Shown in pieces: positions 55,430 through 64,000 of a stretch of DNA of 64,000 nucleotides. The translations under genes were made by a program, and so were the position numbers. Positions within the stretch are counted from its first letter, which is position 1. Each line of letters opens with the position of its first letter. The stretch covers positions 534-64,533 of the forward strand of contig JAFXYB010000005.1 of assembly GCA_017541975.1 (NCBI GenBank), written 5' to 3'. The notes under the pieces are model-generated. The model ran no database searches, was not told the DNA's origin, and worked only from the letters and a program-made list of their open reading frames with translations. The DNA is from a bacterium. GTDB taxonomy: Bacteria; Bacillota_I; Bacilli_A; Izemoplasmatales; UBA1188.

Positions 55430-56769
55430 ATATTCTTAACTGCTTCCTGAATAATATATATACTCTTGATGAGGTTTTCGATAGATGCGCTTTCATCTGG
55501 CATATGCATTGATTCAGTTTCTCCTGGGAAGATTACACCGAAAGCTACGGCATTTTCAAAATCACGGGCATATGTGCCACCACCAATTGACATTGGTTCA
55601 GTTAAATCACCAGTCATATCGCGGTAAGCTTTAAGGAGAGCTTGAACGAGATGCGAATACTTTGGAACATAATGGCATTTTGAATTTGATAATACAGTGA
55701 GTTTAGCATTGTATTTTTCTATATGCTTCTCAAGCACTTTCATCTTCTCATCGAAATCAAATCCTTTAGGATAACGAATATTTGTGACTACCTTGAATTC
55801 GTTATTTTTATATTTGAATACTGCGAGGTTATTAGATACCTTCCCCATTTCGGCGTCTATATATCCAATTCCTAGATTATCACCATAGAAATCACCGAAT
55901 TCTGATGAGAGGAAAGATAAAAATTCATTATCGATATATTTGTATAGGAATCTTCCAAGATGAAGAGCGGCATTGATGCCGGTTTCTGGAATTGAACCGT
56001 GTGCAGCTTTACCATAAACTGTATAGGTGTTCTCTTCTACTTTTCCATCTAGATTATTATTCTTTAGATATTCACTAAATTCTTTTTCAAGATTTAAGCT
56101 TTTTATTTCAGCCTTCGCAACATCTGGCACAACATTAGAAACAGTTCCAGAATCAAATGAAACGAGATTAGAATCTTTTGTAGTTCCGCTAATTAGTTCA
56201 CCTGAGATGCCTTTTTCTGCATAGATACATGGGAATCCAGCATCAGGGCTAAAGCCGTAATCACATTCTCCATATTTTTCGATATATCTTTCAAGGCATC
56301 TAGAACCCGATTCTTCATCACAACCAAAGAAAAATCTAATTTTCATATTTGGTTCAAAGCCATTATCTTTAAGCATCTTTAATGCATAGTAAGTTGCCAT
56401 AAGAGGACCTTTATCGTCGCTTGAACCTCTAGCGTAGATTCTACCATCCTTAATAACTGGTTCAAAAGGAGGGTTAGTCCAGTTACCAGTTGTAGGGACT
56501 ACATCTAGGTGGCAAAGGATGAGTAATACTTTGTCACCCTCACCGAATTCTAAGAATCCTGCGTAGTTATCAACATTTACAGCTTTAAAACCATCTTTTT
56601 CGCCAAGAGAAAGCATATAAAGAAGGGCATCTTTATTGCCTTTTCCAAATGGCGCATCTGAGTTTTCTTTGTATTCATCTAAAACGCTTGGAATACGAAG
56701 TAGGCCATCTAAATCTTTCATGAAATTATCATAGTATGGCCTAAAATTTTCCATAAAATTCTTTATCAT
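55420..56769 (-). CDS. pepV: M20-family dipeptidase (PepV/Sapep-like)
   Basis: HLDVVP, ARGSSDDKGP and CDEESG motifs, at 449 aa. Confidence 0.8.
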   Translation of the reverse strand: MIKNFMENFRPYYDNFMKDLDGLLRIPSVLDEYKENSDAPFGKGNKDALLYMLSLGEKDGFKAVNVDNYAGFLEFGEGDKVLLILCHLDVVPTTGNWTNPPFEPVIKDGRIYARGSSDDKGPLMATYYALKMLKDNGFEPNMKIRFFFGCDEESGSRCLERYIEKYGECDYGFSPDAGFPCIYAEKGISGELISGTTKDSNLVSFDSGTVSNVVPDVAKAEIKSLNLEKEFSEYLKNNNLDGKVEENTYTVYGKAAHGSIPETGINAALHLGRFLYKYIDNEFLSFLSSEFGDFYGDNLGIGYIDAEMGKVSNNLAVFKYKNNEFKVVTNIRYPKGFDFDEKMKVLEKHIEKYNAKLTVLSNSKCHYVPKYSHLVQALLKAYRDMTGDLTEPMSIGGGTYARDFENAVAFGVIFPGETESMHMPDESASIENLIKSIYIIQEAVKNICD

Positions 56770-56772
56770 AAA

Positions 56773-58008
56773 CTATGCCTCATGTTTTACAAGTGCGTGG
56801 TTCTTTTTACCTTTCTTTATGAAAGAATAGATTGAATCTATCGCATCAGCTTTTTTAACAGTGAAGGTGAAATCAGTGATCTTATTAGAGTTTACAGATA
56901 TACCACCACCTTGAACTAGTTTTCTTCCTTCGCTCTTTGATGGGGCAAGGCCAGTTAAAACTAAAAGGTCTACGATATTCATATCTTCATTTATTAAAGT
57001 AACTGCGTCTTCTTTGAATGCTTCTTCGATTTCTTTAGCTGAAAGACTAGATACATCACCAGTAAATACTGCGTTTGTGATCTTTAATGCCTCATTAAGG
57101 GCATTTTCACCATGAATCATTAATGTCATCTCTCTTGCGAGAGTCTTTTGTGCGAGTCTTAGATGAGGTTCACTGTTAAATGATTCTTCAATTTTTTCTA
57201 TTTCTTCTTTTTCAAGGAATGTGAATTGTTTGAGTTCTTTTATTACATCTGAATCTGGAGTATTAATCCAAAATTGATAGAAAGCATATGGGCTTGTCTT
57301 AGTTGGATCTAACCAGACTGCACCACCTTCAGTTTTACCAAATTTTGTGCCATCACTCTTTGTGAAGAGTGGAGCTGTGATACCACCAGCCCAAGTATCA
57401 GCACCATTTATTTTTCTTATTAGTTCAAGACCTGATGTGATATTGCCCCATTGGTCTTGTCCACCAACTTGAAGTATACAGTTCTTTTCAGTAAATAGAT
57501 GTTCAAAATCTAATGCTTGAAGGATTTGATAAGAGAATTCTGTATAAGATATTCCTGTATCAAGTCTTGATTTAACTGTCTCTTTATTGATCATATAGTT
57601 AACGTTAAACAACTTTCCATATTTTCTTAAGAAAGTGATTAAATCAAGGTTACTTATCCAATCGTAGTTATTTACCATTTCACAGTTAAAGAGATTCTTT
57701 ACCTGTGTATATAGTTTACTTGCGTTAGAATCTATTTCTTCTTTTGTGAGCATCTTTCTTTCGGCAGTTGGTTTTGGATCACCGATAAAACCAGTTGCGC
57801 CACCAATTAATAAAATTGGATGATGCCCATATTTTTCAAGTCTCTTGGCAAGAATAAATACTAGTAAATGTCCAACATGGAGACTATCTCCTGTTGGATC
57901 TGTGCCAAGATAGAATGTAACCTTTTCGTTATTTAATTTGTTGTATACTTCTTCGTCTGTGACGTTATATATTAGTCCTCTATATTTTAAATCTTCTATT
58001 AAATTCAT
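56773..58008 (-). CDS. tyrS: Tyrosine--tRNA ligase
   Basis: HIGH-type HVGHL, KMSKS-type KFGKT and a C-terminal S4-like domain. Confidence 0.95.
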   Translation of the reverse strand: MNLIEDLKYRGLIYNVTDEEVYNKLNNEKVTFYLGTDPTGDSLHVGHLLVFILAKRLEKYGHHPILLIGGATGFIGDPKPTAERKMLTKEEIDSNASKLYTQVKNLFNCEMVNNYDWISNLDLITFLRKYGKLFNVNYMINKETVKSRLDTGISYTEFSYQILQALDFEHLFTEKNCILQVGGQDQWGNITSGLELIRKINGADTWAGGITAPLFTKSDGTKFGKTEGGAVWLDPTKTSPYAFYQFWINTPDSDVIKELKQFTFLEKEEIEKIEESFNSEPHLRLAQKTLAREMTLMIHGENALNEALKITNAVFTGDVSSLSAKEIEEAFKEDAVTLINEDMNIVDLLVLTGLAPSKSEGRKLVQGGGISVNSNKITDFTFTVKKADAIDSIYSFIKKGKKNHALVKHEA

Positions 58009-58012
58009 ATAT

Positions 58013-59032
58013 TTACCTCTTTAGTGTTGTACCTCTATAGATAATTCCGTGTTTTAGAAGCACTCTTCCTTTTTTATTTATTTTTTCATCTTCCATCATC
58101 GATGTTAAAATCTTCATGGCTTTAGCACCAATTTCCGATACTGGAATATCAACTGATGATAGTTGTGGGTTTGTGAGAAGCCCATATCTTGTGTTTTGGA
58201 ATCCATAGAATGACACATCTTTTGGAACATCTTTTCCTGAATTCTTCATGATATTCATGCAGGCGATAGCGATTGAATCTCTTACACCAATTACACCATC
58301 TAAATCATTTGTCTTAAGGAAGGCAGTGATATCATCATAATTTGATGTAAGATTTCCTGATGTATAACATATTCTTGGAGTAAGATTCGCTTCATCCATC
58401 GCTTTAATATATCCATTTTCTTTTAGGATAGACACAGGATATCTTTTAAGAGTTGTAAGAAGAGCGATTTTCTTTCTTCCTTCTTTAATGAGTTCTTTAG
58501 TTACCTCATATCCAGCAGCTTCATAATCGATTTGGACTGAACAAATTGATTCATCGTTTTGAATACAAGTATTAACTAGAACTAGTGGGATGTTATATGT
58601 ATCATTGATTTCCTTTAAGAATTTTTCTCGTTTTTCAGTGATTTCATCCACCATATAAAGTACGCCATCTACACGCATTGATAAAATATCCGCAACTAGA
58701 TTTTCGGTTTTATCATCTTGTGGCGATGGCACGATAACGATTGAATATTTATATGCCTGAGCAACGGTTAATATTCCTTTTACCATCTCTGCAACTGAAC
58801 CTCTCGCAAGATCTGAACAAATCACAGCGACTTGAGTTGATTTGTTTGTGGCAAGGGCTTTCGCAAGGGTGTTAGCTTTGTAGCCTAATTCTTTGGCTAC
58901 TTTCATTACCTTTTTTCTTGTACCAGGTTTTACGAGTTCGCTTAATTTTGGGTTTAGTGCACGAGATACTGTGGCGTTAGAAACACCGGCTCTTTTTGCA
59001 ACATCGTAGATTGTGGGTCTATGGTCAGACAT
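58013..59032 (-). CDS. LacI/GalR-family transcriptional regulator
   Basis: HTH TIYDVAKRAGVSNATVSRAL followed by a periplasmic-binding-protein-like fold. I prefer ATG 59032 (GGAGGAG SD) over the track start at 59092. Confidence 0.85.
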   Translation of the reverse strand: MSDHRPTIYDVAKRAGVSNATVSRALNPKLSELVKPGTRKKVMKVAKELGYKANTLAKALATNKSTQVAVICSDLARGSVAEMVKGILTVAQAYKYSIVIVPSPQDDKTENLVADILSMRVDGVLYMVDEITEKREKFLKEINDTYNIPLVLVNTCIQNDESICSVQIDYEAAGYEVTKELIKEGRKKIALLTTLKRYPVSILKENGYIKAMDEANLTPRICYTSGNLTSNYDDITAFLKTNDLDGVIGVRDSIAIACMNIMKNSGKDVPKDVSFYGFQNTRYGLLTNPQLSSVDIPVSEIGAKAMKILTSMMEDEKINKKGRVLLKHGIIYRGTTLKR

Positions 59033-59142
59033 ATGAAACTCCTCCTCTCTTATGATTATTAAAATTATATAATAATCATATATCTTTTTCAAGATAAATG
59101 AAAATTTTATGAAATATTTTCATTGTTTTTCATTATTATTTC

Positions 59143-59171
59143 AAATAAAAAAGGACAAATAGTTTGCCCTT
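59143..59171 (-). terminator. Intrinsic terminator after the DnaB-C-like gene
   Basis: Minus-strand RNA forms AAGGGCAAA-CUA-UUUGUCCUU (one G-U) followed by UUUUAUUUGA. Confidence 0.7.
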
Positions 59172-59188
59172 CTTGTCTTTTAACAAAA

Positions 59189-59854
59189 TTAGTCTTTGTA
59201 GAGTTGCTTTACGTTTACAGATGCGAAGTGTTTTAAGTTATATCCTTCTACAAGCACAACATGTGATATATCATTACAATCTATCTTAGTTGAGAATAGA
59301 TTATCTCTTCCAATAAACATCTTGATGATATGATGTGAGTGTTCAATTGTGCTTGTGAGTAGATTTAATTCATCAATTGTATCTTCGAATGAACCTTGAC
59401 TACTCTCCTGCGATAATACAACTATACTTAATGATAGTTCATAAGCTAGAGCTGCAAGTTTAGATAGGAGTTCTTGGAAGTGAAGGATCTTTGTTGGGTC
59501 AACTGCTTCTTTCTTTTCGATATTATATGTATTCATTCTAAGCAAATCTAGATAATCAATATATACAATATCTATATCAGAAGCTTTCTTTCTTATGATG
59601 TTTTCAACATCATCATATGTTAGTTTAGCACTATCAACTACATCAACTCTAAATAGTTCTTGCCATCTAAGGCCAAAGTGAGATACAAACTTGTTGTAAA
59701 TCATTGATTGGCAATATTCAAATGAGAAGAATAGTGCACCTTCTCCTTCTCTTAGTTTTTCACTACAGTCGTATGTAGCAATGGTTGATTTACCCATATC
59801 TGTCTTTCCTGTAAGCAAAGATAGATATCTCTTTTTAGTCTTAATAACTTCCAT
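59189..59854 (-). CDS. Stand-alone DnaB-helicase C-terminal (RecA-fold) domain protein
   Basis: LLTGKTDMGKSTIA (Walker A), ALFFSFEY, IVYIDYLDLL (Walker B) and LSIVVLSQES align block-by-block with the DnaB C-domain. The N-terminal domain and linker are absent. It has its own AGGAGG SD, a TGATAAAAT -10 and a terminator. Confidence 0.65.
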   Translation of the reverse strand: MEVIKTKKRYLSLLTGKTDMGKSTIATYDCSEKLREGEGALFFSFEYCQSMIYNKFVSHFGLRWQELFRVDVVDSAKLTYDDVENIIRKKASDIDIVYIDYLDLLRMNTYNIEKKEAVDPTKILHFQELLSKLAALAYELSLSIVVLSQESSQGSFEDTIDELNLLTSTIEHSHHIIKMFIGRDNLFSTKIDCNDISHVVLVEGYNLKHFASVNVKQLYKD

Positions 59855-59902
59855 GAAAAGCCTCCTAAAAAAACATTTTATAATTCATTTTATCATAAAT
59901 TA

Positions 59903-60484
59903 TCAAATTACAAAACCAGAATAGATAAAATATAGTGCCATACCAAGTAGTCCAGAAATAATTAGTATTATGTATGGACTTATAGCCTTTTTCTTTATCT
60001 TTTTATAACCCCATCCTATAAATACTAGTAGAGTAAATATAATTAGGGCAATGAAATCAAAACTAAATGGTTCAACTGAATCGATAAGATTATTATAAAG
60101 GAATGAACAAGCGGTTGCGAGTATCAAACCAACGACTACTGCCTTAAAGCCATTGAGTATAGCTTTTACTATAGGTTTATCTATTAGTTTTGTGAGGATA
60201 GATGCGATTAAGAGAATGATGATAAATGAAGGAAGTACAACACCTATTGTTGAAACAGCTGAGCCTAAAACTCCACCTTGCATCTTGCCAACGAATGTGG
60301 CCATATTAACGGCAATTGGTCCTGGGGTTGATTCACTAATTGATACAACATTAAAGAATGTAGTTCTATCAAGCCAACCACGTGAGATGATTTCAGTTTC
60401 AAGTATTGAAATCATCGCATAACCACCACCGAATGTGAAGAGTCCTACTAAAAAGAAGACATAAAATAATTCAAGATAAATCAT
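59903..60484 (-). CDS. chrA: Chromate transporter (CHR) family, short-chain half 2
   Basis: GLFTFGGGYAMI and ESTPGPIAVN motifs. I prefer ATG 60484 (GGAGGA SD). Confidence 0.8.
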   Translation of the reverse strand: MIYLELFYVFFLVGLFTFGGGYAMISILETEIISRGWLDRTTFFNVVSISESTPGPIAVNMATFVGKMQGGVLGSAVSTIGVVLPSFIIILLIASILTKLIDKPIVKAILNGFKAVVVGLILATACSFLYNNLIDSVEPFSFDFIALIIFTLLVFIGWGYKKIKKKAISPYIILIISGLLGMALYFIYSGFVI

Positions 60485-61091
60485 TTTGTTCCTCCTTCTC
60501 TTCAATAGTCTCTTCTTTTACATTATTTTTGTATGTTAAAAGATAATGTATTAAGAATAATGCTCCACCAATTAGGATGATATAGATAGATGAGAAATTG
60601 ATATTAAAGATTTTAAATAAGAGAATAGCGACAAATGATAGTGCAATTATAATATATCCAAGCCAGTTCTTCTCATATGTTTTATATACTTTAAATCCAG
60701 CTCTAAAGAGTAGGTATGTAACACCTACTGCAAGGCCAGATATTAAATACTGTATTAGTTTTATTTCAATAAATGCATCATAAAAATAAGATATAATAAG
60801 TATTATTATAAATGATGGTAAGACAACACCGATAGTTGAAAATAAAGATCCAAAGAATCCTGCAACCTTATATCCAATGTAAGTTGCGGTGTTTACCGCA
60901 ATTACTCCAGGAGTTGATTCTGCGATTGCGGTAATAGATAAAAGTTCATCGTCAGTGATGAATTTTCTTTTTTCAACAAAGGTCTTTTGGATTAAGGAAA
61001 TCATTGATAATCCTCCACCAAATGTGAAAAGACCAATCTTGAAATAATCTATGAATAACTGTAGGATGAGTTTCAATCTATTATTCTTCAT
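60471..61091 (-). CDS. chrA: Chromate transporter (CHR) family, short-chain half 1
   Basis: GLFTFGGGLSMI and ESTPGVIAVN motifs. The paired short CHR genes resemble B. subtilis ywrA/ywrB. Confidence 0.8.
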   Translation of the reverse strand: MKNNRLKLILQLFIDYFKIGLFTFGGGLSMISLIQKTFVEKRKFITDDELLSITAIAESTPGVIAVNTATYIGYKVAGFFGSLFSTIGVVLPSFIIILIISYFYDAFIEIKLIQYLISGLAVGVTYLLFRAGFKVYKTYEKNWLGYIIIALSFVAILLFKIFNINFSSIYIILIGGALFLIHYLLTYKNNVKEETIEEKEEQNDLS

Positions 61092-61113
61092 TTGTATATA
61101 TTATATAATGAAT

Positions 61114-61151
61114 CTTAATAAAAGGAAAGAAGTCCAATTGGACTTCTTTCC
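61114..61151 (-). terminator. Intrinsic terminator after the ABC permease operon
   Basis: GGAAAGAAGTCC-AATT-GGACTTCTTTCC, a perfect 12-bp stem, followed on the minus strand by UUUUAUUAAG. Confidence 0.85.
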
Positions 61152-62149
61152 TATCTTTGTCCATGGTCGAATGGTTGACCTTCGGCCTTTGGAGCGTGAG
61201 AATTCTTAGATGTAAATGCGAGAATGATTAGTGTTATGGCATATGGAAGTATCATATAAACATATTTACTGATACCAAGGTTCGCAAGGGCATATATACC
61301 ATCACCATTGATATCAATATATTGATATCCAGATGCGATACACTTACATGCGCCAAATACGAATGCTGCACCAGCGATTGTGAGTGGGTTCCAGTTACCA
61401 AATATCATAACTGCGAGAGCGAGGAAACCCATACCGGCAACATCACCTGTAGATGCTCCTCCTGCGGCAGTTAGTGCGAAAAGGAATCCACCAAGACCTG
61501 CGAGTGTTCCTGAAATAGTAACACCAATATATCTCATTTTATTTACGTTGATACCAACTGAGTCTGCAGCTTGTGGGTGTTCACCACAAGAACGAAGCCT
61601 TAGACCGAATTTAGTGAAATATAGTATTACTGATAGGATTACGTATAATCCTAAAGCATACCAGTTTGAAAGATATACTTTATTCATAAAGATTTGTTCA
61701 AAGAGATTTAATTCTTTTCCTTCTGCGATACCAAAATCACCTCTATAAAGCATAAAATCAAGTGATGCTGGAGTATTAATAGTATTTGATCCAGTAATAA
61801 TGATAATTAAAAACATTACTAGTGCTGGAGCTAAAAGGTTTAATGCTGTACCACCGATTGTTTGATCGGCTTTTAAGTTAATTGCCGATACTGCAAGGAG
61901 GAGCGAGAAGATTCCGCCACCAATCATAGCCGCAAGTATACCAATAATTAGAAGGAGTTGTGCATGGTCCTGACCTAATCCTGCATCAGATATTATTTTG
62001 ATAAATAATACACCGATGAAAGCACCGAATATCATAATACCTTCAAGTGCTAAGTTTATTACACCACTTCTTTCAGAAAACGTTCCTGCGAGGGCAACTA
62101 TCATGAGTGGGATCATAAACACTAGGGTTTGTTGGATGAAAAATGCCAT
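61151..62149 (-). CDS. ABC transporter permease (BMP/nucleoside-type, YufQ-like)
   Basis: A polytopic membrane protein with the typical CGEHPQAADSVGINV loop. Confidence 0.8.
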   Translation of the reverse strand: MAFFIQQTLVFMIPLMIVALAGTFSERSGVINLALEGIMIFGAFIGVLFIKIISDAGLGQDHAQLLLIIGILAAMIGGGIFSLLLAVSAINLKADQTIGGTALNLLAPALVMFLIIIITGSNTINTPASLDFMLYRGDFGIAEGKELNLFEQIFMNKVYLSNWYALGLYVILSVILYFTKFGLRLRSCGEHPQAADSVGINVNKMRYIGVTISGTLAGLGGFLFALTAAGGASTGDVAGMGFLALAVMIFGNWNPLTIAGAAFVFGACKCIASGYQYIDINGDGIYALANLGISKYVYMILPYAITLIILAFTSKNSHAPKAEGQPFDHGQR

Positions 62150-63561
62150 TATTCAGTACCTCCTTCCTCAGTAGTTTCTACTTCTTTTGAATCTGTTTCT
62201 TCTTTCTTATCAACGTTGTAATCTTCTTCTTTAAATCTCGTATCTACTGCGTTACTAATATCTTCTTTTTTCTTTCTAAATAGTTTTATTTTTCCAGAAA
62301 GAATCTGTTTGAATATTAAGGCAAATGCACTAAAGTAAACGATTAAGGCTGATACGATGCTAGAAATATATTCGTTATACATTGTCATATTTCTAATCTG
62401 TAAGCCTGATATATCAAGATATGCCATAAAGGATGCGGAGAATATTATACCTATTGGATTACATGACGCAAGAAGCGCAACAGGTATTCCATTAAAGCCT
62501 ATTGCAGGAAGTGATTGATATGTTGACCAAGTAAATTCTGTATTACCACTTAGGTAGTAAAGTGCTGCACCGGCAGCCGCAAGACCACCAGCGATTGCCA
62601 TTGAAAGAGTGATATAGAGTTTTGAATTAATACCAGCGTATTGTGCTGCATGTTTATTACTTCCACAAGATTTTAAACTATAACCAAATGTAGTTTTATT
62701 GATGATAATAAACATTAGTATTGCAATAAGTATTGCGACAATAATACCAGCATTTATCTGTGAACCTGGGAATAGTTTATCGAGTCCAAGTTTGATTGTT
62801 TCAACACCATTATGAGCTGTTTTATAAACGAATTTATAGTTTTTATCTCCACTTGGGTCTAAGAGGAAATTGAATGGACCAGTTGTCTTATCAAAAAGTG
62901 ATGTAACAAGTATTGCTGCAATCCAGTTTGTCATAATACATGTGATTACTTCGTTGACATTTAGGAATGCTTTAAAGAGTCCTACTATTGATGCCCATAG
63001 TGCACCTGCGATAATTGCGCTTAAGAAGGCAATTATCCAAATAATAAATGGAGGTATTACATCTGATGGAATAGTAAGAGATACAATTAGTGCTGCAGCT
63101 GTACCCATTAGATACTGACCTGGTGCACCGATATTAAATAGTCCTGTCTTATAGGCAACACCAACTGATAGACCAGTTAGAATTAGTGGAGTTGCCCTAA
63201 ATAGCATATTGCCAAGGCTTACACCATTCCAACCATATATTAGGGAACCAAATTCATTTCTACCAGTATTGAATCCGCCAAAGAAAATGAGTTGTAGTGC
63301 ATCGATTAAATCAAATCCACTTATTGATCTTCCGCTCATCTCTGAGCCAACAAACATAATTAAGAATAAACATCCAACGAGGAGTCCAAGAAGGATGGCT
63401 GTGACAGATGATATAATTGTCTTAACTGAATCCTTGGCATAGAATTTCATAAGCCAAGTTTCATATCCATTAGCTTTAGCTTTTTTAGTTGTTAAGATAG
63501 CGTATACACTAAAACCACCAATTATAACTGCGAGGATAAGAAACAAAAATATGAATGTCAT
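62149..63561 (-). CDS. ABC transporter permease (BMP/nucleoside-type, YufP-like) with an acidic C-terminal tail
   Basis: Polytopic, with the SCGSNKHAAQYAGIN loop. I prefer ATG 63561 (GGAGGA SD, just after the ATPase stop). Confidence 0.8.
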   Translation of the reverse strand: MTFIFLFLILAVIIGGFSVYAILTTKKAKANGYETWLMKFYAKDSVKTIISSVTAILLGLLVGCLFLIMFVGSEMSGRSISGFDLIDALQLIFFGGFNTGRNEFGSLIYGWNGVSLGNMLFRATPLILTGLSVGVAYKTGLFNIGAPGQYLMGTAAALIVSLTIPSDVIPPFIIWIIAFLSAIIAGALWASIVGLFKAFLNVNEVITCIMTNWIAAILVTSLFDKTTGPFNFLLDPSGDKNYKFVYKTAHNGVETIKLGLDKLFPGSQINAGIIVAILIAILMFIIINKTTFGYSLKSCGSNKHAAQYAGINSKLYITLSMAIAGGLAAAGAALYYLSGNTEFTWSTYQSLPAIGFNGIPVALLASCNPIGIIFSASFMAYLDISGLQIRNMTMYNEYISSIVSALIVYFSAFALIFKQILSGKIKLFRKKKEDISNAVDTRFKEEDYNVDKKEETDSKEVETTEEGGTE

Positions 63562-63562
63562 A

Positions 63563-64000
63563 TTATTTAGATCCTCCTTCCATACGTTTTGCACCAGCCA
63601 TATAAAGACCTAATTCTTGTACTGTAGTAGTCTTTGGATCAAATTCACCAACGATTTCACCTTCATACATTACAAGGATTCTATCGGATAGGCTCATTAC
63701 TTCATCGAGTTCAAGAGATATTAGAAGCACTGCTTTACCTTCATCTCTTTCTTTTACAATTCTTTTATGAATGGTTTCAATTGCCCCAACATCAAGTCCT
63801 CTTGTTGGTTGAACTGCGATTAATAGATCGTGGTCTTTGTCCATTTCTCTTGCGATTATCGCTTTTTGTTGGTTACCACCAGACATACTTCTGACGATAG
63901 TAACTGATCCTTGTCCACTTCTGACATCGTATTCTTCTATTAGTTTGTCAGAATATTCTCTGACAGCCTTTGGTTTAATGAAACCGTGGTTTTGGAACAT
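63563..64000 (-). CDS. ABC transporter ATP-binding protein, C-terminal part (second NBD of a BMP-type importer); the gene runs off the window end
   Basis: ABC signature LSGGNQQK and Walker B LLIAVQPTRGLD. Confidence 0.85.
   Translation of the reverse strand: MFQNHGFIKPKAVREYSDKLIEEYDVRSGQGSVTIVRSMSGGNQQKAIIAREMDKDHDLLIAVQPTRGLDVGAIETIHKRIVKERDEGKAVLLISLELDEVMSLSDRILVMYEGEIVGEFDPKTTTVQELGLYMAGAKRMEGGSK

Noticed and set aside
1-64000. Alternative genetic code (TGA=Trp, as in Mycoplasma/Spiroplasma), suggested by the Mollicute-like gene content.
   Set aside because: Standard-code translation yields full-length, motif-complete proteins throughout. TGA also functions as the terminal stop of several well-defined genes, such as pulA, dnaB and the leader sORF.
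1-64000. Search for rRNA, tRNA, tmRNA, CRISPR arrays, IS elements and prophage genes.
   Set aside because: I saw no cloverleaf-capable GC-rich segments, no arrays of regularly spaced repeats, and no transposase, integrase or phage structural genes. The only tandem DNA repeats are the 9-nt x3 (27335..27361), the 13-bp x3 (43761..43799), and coding low-complexity repeats (the Thr-rich linker at about 37000..37090 and the collagen triplets).

Overview
This is a 64-kb chromosomal window from a low-GC bacterium using the standard code, since TGA terminates several genes. Gene content looks Firmicutes/Tenericutes-like (Erysipelotrichia- or Acholeplasma-like): there are many lipoproteins and membrane-anchored exoproteins, a DnaB/DnaI primosome, and Bacillus-like polA-mutM-coaE...dnaB-dnaI-thrS synteny. 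I found no rRNA, tRNA, CRISPR array, transposase or integrase.

Content from left to right:
- cobW-like GTPase (partial), nfo, ybaK, a choline-kinase-like gene broken by one in-frame TAA, and an MBL hydrolase.
- Two tandem giant PrsA/SurA-like surface proteins (1180 and 824 aa).
- yhaM, pullulanase and cca, which are translationally coupled.
- yigZ, apbE, an AAA/DUF4143 ATPase, and a Gx-transporter/NusG_II fusion.
- DUF523, a KH-domain protein and rpsP.
- A tightly packed eight-gene aromatic operon: iorA-iorB-paaK-ACT-acyl-CoA ligase-amidohydrolase-aminotransferase-membrane protein.
- An unknown 163-aa gene divergent from a TetR gene, then an acyltransferase.
- A glycosidase cluster: a GH2, a TIGR01212 radical SAM gene, a double-anchored GH3, a CBM/Listeria-Bacteroides-repeat lipoprotein, and a 1391-aa GH3 lipoprotein with a collagen-like stalk. 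It sits next to a LytTR two-component system whose kinase gene is frameshifted.
- A long housekeeping operon: lacI-family regulator, tyrS, pepV, trmB, coaX, polA, mutM::coaE fusion, hypothetical, dnaB, dnaI, thrS, then rsuA, a DNPH1-like gene and yggS.
- An orphan DnaB-C-domain ATPase, a split chrA pair and a BMP-type ABC importer.

Most interesting observations:
1. A 20-codon Phe/Tyr-rich leader ORF (MRTNYTFSFYYFYYFYLTNL) lies directly upstream of the ior-paaK operon. It has a strong SD, mutually exclusive hairpins and a terminator.
2. A 12-bp box (CAnTTCGTGATG) recurs at 21-bp phasing. It includes an identical TTCGTGTTGT-N10-TTTCATGATA composite in front of both the LytTR operon and the collagen-GH3 gene.
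3. At least six genes have a TATAAT (four preceded by TG) 6-8 nt upstream of the ATG and no SD, which suggests leaderless mRNAs.
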